A stretch of DNA of 64,000 nucleotides, from the NCBI RefSeq assembly GCF_009914755.1, contig NC_060940.1, one strand, 5' to 3'. Of this stretch, positions 1-11,602 are shown piece by piece. The notes beneath the pieces were generated by a model. That model did not search any database. It had not been told where the DNA came from and was given only the letters and a program-made list of their open reading frames with translations. Each line of letters begins with the position of its first letter. The first letter of the stretch is position 1. Origin of the DNA: the human T2T-CHM13v2.0 reference genome, Homo sapiens. The position numbers were made by a program, and so were the translations under genes.

Positions 1-6
1 AGGTTC

Positions 7-221
7 CTAGACACTGGCTCTGAACTGATACTAATTCTAGGAGACCTAAAAAGTCACTGGGATTACCAATATGACCAGGGGCTTATGGAAGCCAACTGAA
101 CTGTGGAGTTCTAGCTTAGGTCTCTCCTAACGTGGGCCCGGCGGGTCCCTGAACCTGTCCTCTGGTTATTTCCCCAGTGCTAGGGTGCGTCACTGGAATA
201 GACATATCCATTTCGCTGGCA
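7..221 (+). mobile_element. Degraded ERVL-family internal fragment (aspartic protease region)
   Basis: Reads LDTGSELILILGDLKSH (DTG active-site motif at 10-18). After a frameshift it reads GAYGSQLNCGVLA*VSPNVGPAGP*TCPLVISPVLGCVTGIDI, resembling the ERVL/HERVL protease. Stops and frameshift show it is dead. Confidence 0.75.
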
Positions 222-480
222 GATGATGGGGAGAGAAAAGCGGTTTGTCGGGCAATTTCTGGTTACAGTTGATTACAGCGATTCTGATTCCAGGCTGCTC
301 TTCATTTATGCACAGTCCTGGGTTACCTGAGAGTAAGGACTGTCCAGAAGGGGCTGCCTCCCATTTTCAGAATCCCCTTCAGGTCTGGGCTCACTGGTGG
401 ACCTGCACAGGCTTTGTGTTAACCATTTGTTTCTCCTATTTGGGAGCTCCCGCAGCACCCAGCTAGAAGGGGCTCCAAAA

Positions 481-656
481 TTATAAAGATGCATGGGTTA
501 TAAAGATGCGTGGATTATAAAGATGCATGGGTTATAAAGATGCGTGGATTATAAAGATGCATGGGTTGTAAAGATGCATGGATTATAAAGATGCATGGGT
601 TATAAAGATGCATGGATTATAAAGATGCATGAGTTGTAAAGATGCATGGATTATAA
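481..656. repeat. 17-bp minisatellite, ~10.3 copies
   Basis: Unit TTATAAAGATGCATGG(G/A) read directly; the last base alternates G/A between copies. Confidence 0.95.
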
Positions 657-1822
657 TGAAGCCTGAACTCGTTGACATCTTCCATAACAGTGAAGGCCGA
701 CATGGCCTAGAGCTCATGCTGCTATTTTGTGGTTTGCACCTCTGAAGAGGGCAAGGACTTGGCCTGAGCCCACACTTCCTGCTTTAGAGGGCCCTCCCCA
801 CCCTGCGTTCAGGTCCCCAAAGCTCCTCATCCATCCTGGTTTTGCAGCCGTTTATACCTTGATGTGAATATCTGTTCTAGCATTTTCATTCCTCTTGGGG
901 GAAGATGCATTTTTAGGGATCACATTTTGTGGTGAAACGTTTCAGTGAGACAGGCAGAGACAAGAGACACTTTTGGAGTGTGCCTGTGATAACGTGGATT
1001 TCCCTTGCTGTCCTTCTCTGAGGATCACTGAGCCCTTGGCCGTCAGTTCTCCAGGCTGCCCGGGGCTGCGGTGGCTGCACCTGCTCTTCTAGGGAGGATC
1101 CCAGGGACTTACCTCCCTATATCTGACATCCCCTCCTTGACTCTGAGTCTCTTTTGATGACAGACAAGTTCAGTGAAACCAATTCCCTGTTCAGCCTTCC
1201 TGTTATCACCTGTGTGGCTCTTCCAACTGCAGCCTCTATTTAGCTAATCTGGAAAAACAGTCCCTCCATCCCCACCCCATGTTCCCTCTTCCAAATGAAA
1301 ATATTTTTTTTTCATTTTTGAGAAATAGATTTGATATTTGATACATCAAAGAGAGGAGGAAAAGTTTCCATGTAATTTCTACTTTACAGTCAGGAGAGAT
1401 TTTATTTTTAATCACATCTTTGTAAGCCTTATGTAGGGGCTTGGCATAATCCATCTGGGGCTACTTCAAGGATTCTTTTTGCTTAAAACCTCCAAGATCT
1501 TCCCTCCTTAGAGCGAATATTCCCTGCAGGATTTTAAGTGTCACCTGATCCACTTCAGCACTTAATCCAGCCCATAGCAGATTCAGACAAGCACTGAAAA
1601 GATAGTAGTGTGCCCCCATGCTCTGAGAAATTCAACAGAAATGCAATACTAAACCTCCAAAAATGTAAGAAAAGCCAGCAAAGAGCAGAGGATCATAATT
1701 GCATTTTGCAGTCATCGTATTTCATGTGTTGATTTGCTTTATTGGTTCATCTTCTGTTACTTACTCCTTCTTTTAATTGTTTTCTGTTTTGATGCCTTTT
1801 CAGTCATCTTCTTTGTAAGATA

Positions 1823-2231
1823 CAGTAGTCCCCCTTTGTCCTCGAGGGAGATGTTCTAGACCCCCAGTGGATGGTTGCAACTGTGGATGGTATGGAACCC
1901 TGTGTATACTAGGGTTTTCCTGTACGGACCCATGATAAAGTTTAATTTATAACTGAGGCACAATACGAGAGTAAGAACAGTGAATAATAATAAAATAGAA
2001 CAGTAACAATATACTGCAATAAAAGTTAAGTGACTGAATTCCTCTCTCTCCCTCTCTCTCCCTCTCTCTCCCTCTCTCTCCCTCTCCCTCTCTCTCCCTC
2101 TCTCTCCCTCTCTCTCCCTCTCTCTCTCTCTAAATGTCTTATTGTACTGTGCTCACCTATTTTCAGACCCCCATTGACCGAGGGTAACTGAAACCTCGGA
2201 AAGCAAAACTGCAGATAGGCGGGGACTACTG
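1823..2231 (+). mobile_element. MER44A-like Tigger (TcMar) non-autonomous DNA transposon
   Basis: Terminal inverted repeats CAGTAGTCCCC...GGGGACTACTG, TA target duplication at 1821-1822 and 2232-2233; the interior matches MER44A as I recall it. Confidence 0.85.
2041..2130. repeat. CT-rich microsatellite expanded inside MER44A
   Basis: (CCTCTCTCTC)n-like pure pyrimidine tract. Confidence 0.95.
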
Positions 2232-2877
2232 TAGATTTATCTTTCTTGGCTTTTAATTTTTTTCTTTCTTTTAATTTTTACTTAATTATAAGTTGCAATT
2301 AAAATGCATCTTACATACAGGAATAGGGTACAGAGTACACAAACCTTAAATGTATAGCTTGAAGACTGTCACATATGTGGACACCCAGAGGGTCCTCCCT
2401 GCAAATCCTGCACCCACCTCAGAATACTATCCCAGAGATGGCCACACTTCCAATTTCGACTCTCAGTGTATTTGGAAAAACACCAGATTCCTAAATCGTG
2501 TTCTTGACGTGGATGCCCTGACCTGCTGGTATCAGTTAACTCTGTCCTCTGGACAATCTGCCACGGTCTGAAGCCTTCCTGTGACCTTCCAGGATCCCAG
2601 ACAGCGGGGCTCCCTTGAACGCACCCCATTTTCCAGCCTTCCCAGACCGGCTTCTGTCTTTTGGGATAAATTCAAGGTGTCACTTAGTCCTCTCTCAGTC
2701 TCTTCTTCAGCAGCCTTGGCGCTCACCACTGCTGAGGCAGAACTTCAATGCCAGGCCCCTGCTTAACTGTTATTGGCCAAACAGTACAATATGATTGATA
2801 GGGACCTCAGTATGGTAGGGACCTCAAGATTGGGACCTCTACCCGTCCATGTCAATCTTGAATTATAACTGGAGTCC

Positions 2878-3140
2878 GGCTGGGCATGGTGGCTCACACC
2901 TGTAATCCCAGCACTTTGGGAAGCTGAGGTGGGAGGATTGCTTGAGGCCAGGAGGAAAGAGCCAGGTGTGGTGGGACATGCCTGTGGTCCCAGCTACTTG
3001 GGAGGCTGAGGTGGGAGGATTGCTTGAGCTCAGGAGTTCAAGGCTGCAATGAGCTATGATCATCACGCCACTGGGTGGAGAGTCTGGATGACAGAGTGAG
3101 ACTCTGTTTGAAAAGGAAAAAAGAAAAAACAAAAAAAAGA
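2878..3140 (+). mobile_element. AluJ with internal deletion
   Basis: GGCTGGGCATGGTGGCTCACACCTGTAATCCCAGC start, J-type GGAGGATTGCTTGAG, end of left arm and linker missing, A-rich tail. Confidence 0.9.
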
Positions 3141-3347
3141 GAAGCCTGAAGGTGAGAATCTGAAGATGGACTTCCTAACTCCCTAACTCCACTACAGTCG
3201 AGACTTTGGATAAGTCTCTTACTCCCTGCAAACTTCACATCAGTGATGGCAAATTCACAGTGTTTGCCACCGCCTTCCTCCTGGCAGACATCACTAGTCC
3301 CTCCTTCAGCTCCCTCCTGCCCAGGCTCGACAAAACATCTAAATCAC

Positions 3348-3760
3348 CAGTTTTCAGCCTCAGCTGCACATTAGGATCACATGGGAGCTTTGAAGAAATC
3401 CCGGTACCGGGGTCCCACTCCCACATATTCTGATTCAGTTAGCTGGGGGTGCAACCCACCTAGGAGGTTTTTAAACACCACCCCCCACCCCCTACTCGGT
3501 GATTCTAAAGTATAGTAAAAGTTAAGATCTGTTGCTCCAAATCCTTCTCAAACAAGGCTTCAGGAAGCCACTACCACAAACAGACGAAATCCGTGTCCTT
3601 TCTGTTCTAAGCCCCGGCTACCCTGTGTGGTTCCAGGACCAGTGACTCTGGCCTCCCTTGTGCTAGTCACTGATGAGACCCTCAGCCCCATCCAGACTCG
3701 CTGAATCTGAACCTGCCCTTTAGTCAGATCCGCAGGGGTTCCGAGCACGCCGCTGGGCTG
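3348..3760. mobile_element. Two MER5-family (hAT-Charlie) fragments
   Basis: Motifs GCTGCACATTAGGATCACATGGGAGCTTT, ATTCTGATTCAGTT, GGTGATTCTAA and CTCAGCCCCATCCAGACTCGCTGAATCTGAA. Confidence 0.6.
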
Positions 3761-4904
3761 GAGGCATTCCGAGGCCCCTCGCAGCCCTCAGTCTGTGATT
3801 TCGGCTCCACGAGCTCCCTCCACTGCGAATGCATAGGGGTTTTAAGAGATGATGCGGATCAGGGACTGGCTGTTTTTATATTAATATGGCCATTTGTGTG
3901 TTTCCCTTTATTTTTTTAAAGTTTGCTGTTAATTAATTAGCAGACATGTTTTCTCTGTATTATCTGTAAACAATTCTCTTAATTCTAATCTTATCCATAA
4001 AGCTATTCTCCCCAAAGAACTTGTGACAATTAAAAAAAATCTTCATGAACTCCACTTCCCAGTAAAAGTTCATGCAGATTCAAGTCAGAGGCAAAGACCC
4101 ATCCGTGGGGTCATTTCCACTGAACTGCGACCTATAGGGGGCTGCCTGAGTGTAGGTTCTTTATGTCCGCGAGGGGAGGCTCCGTAATAAGTGACACTGA
4201 GCTCTATCAAGGATCATCCGATGTGGATAGCCTTCGACTCTCATCACTACTGGGAATCTGTCCCAATGAAATAACCCAAAATATGGTAAAAAGCTCTACA
4301 GGGGAAATATTTCTGTAACAGAGATCAATTTAACAACGCGAATGCCCAAAAATAGGAAGGAAGATGGTTTTGTGTTAGAATATTGTTCAGCACTTTAAAA
4401 TACTCATGTAAAACTGCATCGAGGTTCCAACTACGTGTATATGGAAAGAAATTCACAGAAAAAGTTGAGGAAGAAAAAACATAAGACATTAATAAAAGAT
4501 GTATCACAGAAAAGAACTCAACCACAATCCTGCCACTCTATTTTTCAAGTTTTTTATATTTGCAAAACGTTAATATTTTAATTATGAATGTATAGATACT
4601 TTAAATGTAAGAATAGCCTAATGCCACTGGGAACGGCATGTTTGTTTATATTACAGTGATTTTTCAGTGATTGAAGATTTTATTTAGTAATTAAAGGAAG
4701 AAAGTAGGAAGAAAACCTATGGACAATACTGTTTCCTGATGGCAGAATTTCCTCCGTATATCACCCTGCCAAATCACTGCGTCTGTGGTTTATTTTTTTC
4801 TAGCTTTTCTTATTATGGGGCGGCCACCCCATTTTTAAGAGTTATTGCTCTCCACACAATCAAGTATTTTCCTTTTGTTGCCTGAGTTAAATAGCGATCT
4901 GATA

Positions 4905-5070
4905 ATCTGTAATTTATTGAGAATTGCAAGCCAGCACTTTGCCCATGTCTGCCCATGCTTTTGAGGACAGGGAAACTAGATCCAGAGAGGGCAAGCTACT
5001 TGCCTGAGCAAACATAGCTCGCAGGGGGCAGACACAGGATTTGAACCAGCTCTCAAGCCCCCAGCTGTGC
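4905..5070. mobile_element. MIR SINE fragment
   Basis: MIR core-like ACAGGGAAACTAGATCCAGAGAGGGCAAGCTACTTGCC...GGATTTGAACC. Confidence 0.6.
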
Positions 5071-5689
5071 TGCCCAGCCTCCGTGGCAGGGCAGGCGGCC
5101 GGCTGTCGGGAGGGCCTCGAGACCTTGAGTGGAGTGGCTTCCGGGCTGTTTATTGTTCCTGTGGCTCATGGTACAACCATCAACTTGATGTTTGAAGGGT
5201 GAGGGTGGGGGCACTTTGAAAGAGTGGAGGAAAGCATCCAGAGGGGTCTGCCTTTTAACAGACGCGATAGAAACCAGAGGGCAGCCAGGGTGGCTGAAAG
5301 GGTGGTGGGTGGCCAGCAAGCCAGCCAGGTGTTCGGTGCCACCCTCAGATGACATTGTATATAGGACACAGACTCAGCAGTGAGGCCTGGAGCTGTCTGT
5401 GGGAGAGCTGGTGGACCTGGCAATGCGTCCCCTTCCTGCGGGCATCTGCGGATCCTCTTCTGCTGGCTGGGGACAGGTCAGCTGGGCTGAGTCCTGGCTG
5501 CTGGGGACCGCACGATACTGCCCTCAGCCACCTCGCCATCCAGGCATTTGAGAACATGGACAGAGTTCTCAGATGGATTCCTGGAGCAAACGTTGCAGTC
5601 ATGACCTGGTCAGTGAGAGGAATGAGCTTTGGGCAGGTGGGCAGCCAGCCCAGACCGCATGCACAGCACTCATGTTTGCCGGGCACGTC

Positions 5690-6140
5690 CAGCACTTTTC
5701 AGGGCCTATTTTATGCAATCCCAATAAAAAACCCATGAGGTAGGGACCATTGCTCTCCCCGGTTTATAGAAGAGCAAACTAAGGCTCAGAATGGTTCATT
5801 CACCCAGTTGGCAGTCTGGGGTGTGATCCCGGGCAGTGTGACCTGGGCTCTCGCTGCTGATGTTTATCTCCTGTTTTTCCAGCTCTGCCAGTGGACAGCC
5901 TGGCTTGAGCTCCTGACTCTGACACTTTGTCACTCTCCAGCAGCCTGGTCTTCAGCGATGGGCTGGCCTCTGTCTGCCTCAGTTTCCTCATCTACAAAGT
6001 GAAGCTAATAATAGTCCCTCCTCCTGGGTTGTTGTGGGGGTCAAATGAGTCTTTCCACGTATGATGGTATAACAGGAGTAGAAAACTCCTGGCATCTGGT
6101 AATAACTCCGTAAAGGTGGTTATTCATACAATTATTATTA
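5690..6140. mobile_element. MIR SINE fragments (opposite orientations)
   Basis: TTTATAGAAGAGCAAACTAAGGCTCAGA and CTCTGTCTGCCTCAGTTTCCTCATCTACAAAGTG core motifs. Confidence 0.6.
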
Positions 6141-7882
6141 TTTACCTTCGAGCCTCATCTGTTATGTTCTCCCCTTGTGAAACTGAATCTTCCTTTCCTT
6201 CCATCTCCTCTGATGTGAAATGTAGATAATGACAGTCAGCATCAATGTCACTGAGTGGATGGGACACAGCACACAGAAAGCCATTGTTTCAAATCTAAGT
6301 CTCTGCAGAAACCTCTGGAGCAGCGCATTTTTATTCTAAATATTCATGCTGTCTCTAGATGCACTTCCTGGTCCTTATCTGGAGCATGATTCTCTCTGAC
6401 AATAATCATGTAGCCAACATATTTAAAATTCAGCGTATTAGACAGCCTGGCAGTTGACACAACGAGGGATCTTTTTGTAAGTGCTGGTATTTAGTGGTGA
6501 CACTGGGTGGAAATACTAAGAGAAGCTTAGCGGTTCTCTTGTTATAAAAGAAAAGGAAATTGCCTTCCGTTTAGGCTGAAGCAATTTTCGGACCGTGGGA
6601 AGGGGGCAGCTCAGTAGTGAGTTCTTTTTCAGATCATATTGGCTTAGGAGCTGTTACATCCAAGTTGTGACTTCAGAACAAAAGAAATTGAACTTGCGTT
6701 TTGCCAAGTTTAAGTTGGTGTCGCCTGGTTCCAACAGGTCCCAAGGAGAAGTGGTATTTGCATTTGGCCCCCGTGACCTCTGTGTTCCCCAACGGGGGCT
6801 GTGGTCCACAGTGGGAGGCTCAGGGGCTGGGGCAGGAGCAGAGAACATCCAGATGACCGTGCGTGCCGCCGTCCACTGGGCTTTCTCATTAACCCGTGGT
6901 CACACCGTCCAATTCGTCAAAGAAACCTGAAGCAAGGGGACGGACGGAACCGGCACATGCATGGGTGCAGGCGAATCCCTGGCTTTGCTAATTGGGGTTC
7001 TCTTCCCATCTCAGTTAGGTTCTGCCGTCTGAGCAGAAAAGCTAAGAGGGAAGCTGGGATTTTCCAGCCAAGCCTGCCTCACAGGCCCACGTGTGGTCAC
7101 TCCTAAGCGTCTGGTGTAAACAAGAGTCATTGTCTATTTGGTGGTGGGATTCCTTCTCAGAAAGCTTGCTGTGGTGTCACTAGGGAAGCTGGAGGGAATT
7201 TAAGCCCCTCCAAAATCGAGCTGCAGATGTTGTCTTGAACTGGGCGCTGCTGTTCCTTTGCTGGGAAAGGTTTTCTTCCTTGAGCGGCTGATCTCTTCCT
7301 TCATCAGAATTACCAAGGTTCTGGTCAGCCAGGTCCTCTCCAAAACCACAGCCATTTTCAGGAGACAAAAGCAGCCTCGGTTTATAAGGCACCACTGAAT
7401 GGCTTCATGGCATGCTTGGGAATTACAAATGTCAAATCAAACAACATGAAATTGTGCCCTTCTTTTGTGTGCGTTCATTAGAAGGACTTGGAAAACCAAA
7501 TCATGATGTATCGGTATTTGTTTTTTATACAGAAACAATATTGAAAAAAAGGCCCCTCGATGAATTCGTAAATTAAGGCAAGGAGATGCTTACTTGAAAT
7601 GTTGAAAGCCCCCACAGATCTAATACTCCAAACCAAAAATTATATGCAGCACTGATAGCAGATGTTTTCGTCCTATCTAAATATGAAAAAGTATTATATG
7701 TTATATTGACATTTAGGCTAAATCTTTCCCTTATAAGGTGTTTGACATAAATAGCTTTTGTTATGTAACTCTTCAATAGAAGGCATACACACACATTTCT
7801 TAAAGGTCCCAGCTGCTATTGTTATCACTGGAGGCATAAAATTGGAATCCTAACTTCCAATATCAAATTTGAGCACAAACCC

Positions 7883-8195
7883 TATAAAATGTATCTTGTC
7901 AGAATGTGCCAGAACCGCTAAGCTCTTTTCGGCGGAACAAATTGCAGCTGGTGTCCTTAAAGGTCGAGAATCAAACTTGCTGTATCCTCAGGGTTTAGGC
8001 AGCAAATTGGTCCCAGTTTTCACCCTGCCGCAGGGCTGGCTGGGGAGGGCAGCGGTTTAGATTAGCCGTGGCCTAGGCCGTTTGACGGGGTGACACGAGC
8101 CTGCAGGGCCGAGTCCAAGGCCCGGAGATAGGACCAACCGTCAGGAATGCGAGGAATGTTTTTCTTCGGACTCTATCGAGGCACACAGACAGACC
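7883..8195 (+). promoter_or_regulatory. Probable promoter / 5' leader of the spliced transcript
   Basis: TATAAAA at 7883-7889; about 11 CpGs in 8050-8180, above local background; GGCCTAGGCC palindrome at 8070-8079. The TSS cannot be fixed from sequence. Confidence 0.45.
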
Positions 8196-8285
8196 ATGGG
8201 GATTCTGTCTACAGTGACAGCCTTAACATTTGCCAGAGCCCTGGACGGCTGCAGAAATGGCATTGCCCACCCTGCAAGTGAGAAG
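8196..8285 (+). CDS. Candidate microprotein, coding exon 1 (MGILSTVTALTFARALDGCRNGIAHPASEK)
   Basis: ATG at 8196 in ACCATGG context; 30 codons end exactly at the donor (phase 0). Translation unproven. Confidence 0.35.
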
Positions 8286-9612
8286 GTAACGTTTATTTTT
8301 GTATTTTTTTCTCTGTCTCCCATATACAGACTGTAGAAAGACCACCAAGAGCGGACCATTTTTTTTTTTTCCCACCATGATGTACAATTCACATTTGTTA
8401 ATAAAAAAAAAGTGCCCGAGGTCATCCACCTAGACTTTTTTTTTCTTAAACAGGAAACGGGTTTCAGATGTTTATATGTTGAAAAGTAAGGCTACTAATC
8501 CGTTTAGCCATTTCACAGGCCCTGGCTCACTCTCTCGTACCTTTTCATGTTCAGACCCCATAGAACGACATTAATTTTTATCCCTCTTGTTATTTAGAAT
8601 TAAAAAAAAAAGACAAAAACAGAAAAACACTTTCAATAGCCACCTGCTTTTTTGGGACAGCTCCAGTGGAGGTTAAAATAAATGAATCCGCTGGTTTCAT
8701 TCAATTGTGCTCTTAGCTGCGAGGGTGCTGTGCGGTGGGTTTGAGTGTTCAACACTCTTCAGCAATTCCTTAAAATAGAGCGTGGTCTCGTGTATTTTCG
8801 TGTGTCTGTATCCACAAGCGGATCTCCGTTGAAGCAACATATTTAGATGAACACTTAAGGTTCACAAACGCACATACTTATTCCGTCTATAGCAAGGGTG
8901 GGAATTGGTCTCTTCCGTACTTTTCTTTCATTTTTCTGGGGGGTCAGTGTGATGTTTTCCACGTTTCTTCTTGATGTTCGGCTGTGCCAGGTAACAGAGA
9001 AAAGGCATTTCCCAGGGAGCCGATGATCGCTTGAAAGGGCTTCAACTTGATGCTTGGAAATAAAAAATTTTGTTTTATTTCTGCCATTTTTTTCCTCATC
9101 CCAGGACCAGTAATTTTAAACAGTTGTCACTGGTGCAAACGTTTCCCTGTTTAGTGTGGCAAATCAATGCATTTTTACCCTGTTGGGGAGGTTTACATAT
9201 TCATAGTCCAGGGAGAAAAGAGCACAACAAACGGGAATTGTGGATGCTTTTTAAGTGAATTTGTTAGTATTCAAATCATTGGCGTAAAAGACTATTTTAA
9301 ACATAGAGTTCAAAGCAGAAGGAATAATATTATTTCCTAAAACTGGATCAAATGGTTCCCCCTTTTTAACCCACCTCTGCTTGACCAAACGCTTTATGTT
9401 TACCGATCTTGCAAGGGTGCAAAAGAACTATTCTTGAAGAATTTCGTCAGGGAGAGAAAACCAGCTAAGTTGAAAGGAGCTCTTAAAATTTCAGCATCAG
9501 TATTTTCAGGATCAGTAAAAAAGTTACTTTCAGGATCATTAAAAAGTTATTTGCGAAAATTAAACATAGACAAAGAATCATCTTTTACTTCACTATAAGA
9601 ATCCTCCCCTCA

Positions 9613-9617
<5 letters not shown>

Positions 9618-9651
<34 letters not shown>

Positions 9652-9657
9652 AGAGAG
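9618..9657. repeat. (TG)15 (AG)5 compound microsatellite in the intron
   Basis: Read directly. Confidence 0.95.
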
Positions 9658-11096
9658 TTCTATGAGGCACAAGATACATTTTCTTGCTTTTTCATCAGAG
9701 TACCAGAAGCGGCTGGAGAAAAGATTAGTACAAGTGTAAAAATGGATATGTTAATAAATGTCCAAACTCCTTTAAATGGAGGTGAGATGGATATGATAAA
9801 ACAAATTTTAAAATATATGTTTTTGTTTTGTTTTTTTAATCAAACAAAAAGGCCATTTTTAGTGTATAGGGGCATGTTTTAATTCGGCATTCAAATTATG
9901 CCAGGCATAGGTGTCAGGGACTCCCCGTGGAAACCCAGTGACAAAACAATAACACCATCACCTGCGTTGAAATGTGAGCAAAAATAATAGAGTGGTTATC
10001 TCGAGAAAGCGGCTCCTGAAAAATGTCTCCCTTAACATGGAAGCACCCGGCAGAGGCTGATCTGTGGGGCTGGGGAGAAATGGAGCAATCGCCAACACTC
10101 CAGGCTCGTCTGTGAACCCCAAATTCCATTAAGAAAAGAAACTGCTTAGCAAGACCCTTTTGAAAGCCCCGGGGTGCTAAAGGAGCAGAAGGAAAGCCCG
10201 GCTTAGCATCCACACGGCCACCAAAGCTCGGAGGGCAGAGACTGCCGGGAGGAACTGATCTGATGAGAGGATCCATGAGAGAGCAGGGCAACTGCACTAA
10301 GTGCCCATTTCTCCAACACGGACAGGGCACCGGGGAGCTTGGCTAACATGGTCACTCAGCCTTCCTTTGTGGAATCACAGGACAGGAGCCTGCTTTGGGC
10401 CAGCATTTACAAAAACTGTCTTTTTTGGCCCCTGGACCCTGATGAATAGAAAAACGCTGCAGTCTGCAAACCCACTGCAATCGCCGCGTCAGCTCAGAGC
10501 CGAGATGCTTCCCAAATGAACACCTGGATGGTGTAAATCACCCTGACAGTAAACACTTCAGGCCAGGACGCAGGCTGCAGGCGGGGTGGGGTGGCATCCT
10601 CCCACCCAGCTGGGGTCCATAAACCAGGCACTGGCCCTGCGCTAATAAATGCTCCTTTCACAGCAAAAGACCCCTCCTCCCGGGCTGGGATCACGGTCCC
10701 GGTAGAGAGGGTGCTCAGATAACCGACAGCGTTTCTCCCACCCTCATCACTGTCCGACTTACCCCGGGCTGGCATCAGGGAGTGTTGTCAGGCGTTTATG
10801 CCGTTATGAATGGCTTTATGATACCTCGAGAGGGGGACCAGGGCCACCGGCTTCATGGTGGCTATTTTCTGAAGGTGGCAGGAGAAGATAAAACCAAAAT
10901 TCAGGGTTTGCTTTTTAAATACCATGCTAGTAAAATCAGAACAGTAATGACGGGAACCAAAAGATCTATCTGAAATGTTCCTAAGGTTAGTGGAATCTAC
11001 AGTGGCATTCCCTCTTGTAAAACACATTGAACTCAAATGTTAAAATAACTCTCCCTCTTCTTGCTGCTGTCTCAAAATCCTTGACTGCTAATGGAT

Positions 11097-11105
11097 GACC
11101 ACCCA
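11097..11105 (+). promoter_or_regulatory. Perfect GLI consensus site
   Basis: GACCACCCA; near-consensus sites GACCACCAA at 8340 and GACCACCCT at 12289. Confidence 0.6.
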
Positions 11106-11384
11106 TTTGGTGTATACAATTCTTATAAAAATCCCCAAATAGGGGAAAAGCAGAGGGTAGATAGCAGAATAGATCTAGAAAAAGAACACCTCCTTGGGAA
11201 TTTCTTTGCATTCAGATGCTCTACTTTAAAAAATAAAATGTCTCCGTATAATTATCCAGTTAGGAGGAGTCTTTTAAATGATATCTTTTGTCTTCAGCCA
11301 GACAGATGTGAGGACGCACAATGTAAACGTTATGCAGCAGCTTTGGGAGAGGCTTTTTATGGCTCTGTTTCTTTCCACTCACAG

Positions 11385-11486
11385 CACAGACTCGAGAAAT
11401 GTAGGGAACTCGAGAGCAGCCACTCGGCCCCAGGATCAACCCAGCACCGAAGAAAAACAACCAGAAGAAATTATTCTTCAGCCTGA
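11385..11486 (+). CDS. Candidate microprotein, coding exon 2 (HRLEKCRELESSHSAPGSTQHRRKTTRRNYSSA*)
   Basis: In frame with exon 1 after splicing; equals the 3' end of track ORF 11091..11486; stop lies ~70 nt before the poly(A) signal. Translation unproven. Confidence 0.35.
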   Translation, partial: HRLEKCRELESSHSAPGSTQHRRKTTRRNYSSA

Positions 11487-11555
11487 AATGAAGCCGGGAT
11501 CAAATGGTTGCTGATCAGAGCCCATATTTAAATTGGAAAAGTCAAATTGAGCATT

Positions 11556-11602
11556 ATTAAATAAAGCTTGTTTAATATGTCTCAAACAGAAAATGTCTTT
11601 TG
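11556..11602 (+). terminator. Polyadenylation signal and downstream GU/U-rich element
   Basis: ATTAAA (11556-11561) overlapping AATAAA (11560-11565); CA dinucleotides ~20 nt downstream; TGTCTTTTG near 11594. Confidence 0.7.

Larger units (their letters stand above)
8052..11590 (+). ncRNA. LINC01082: Two-exon polyadenylated transcript, probably lncRNA LINC01082 (exon 1 ~8052-8285, intron 8286-11384, exon 2 11385-~11590)
   Basis: Donor AAG|GTAACG at 8285/8286. Acceptor TCTGTTTCTTTCCACTCACAG| at 11384/11385. Overlapping ATTAAA/AATAAA at 11556-11565. The ~3.5 kb span and ~37 kb distance to the L1PA2 match my recollection of LINC01082; name and 5' end are from memory, not verified. Confidence 0.75.

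Noticed and set aside
11091-11486. 131-aa unspliced ORF
   Set aside because: Its first 98 codons lie in the inferred intron and cross the polypyrimidine tract; only the last 33 codons are exonic.
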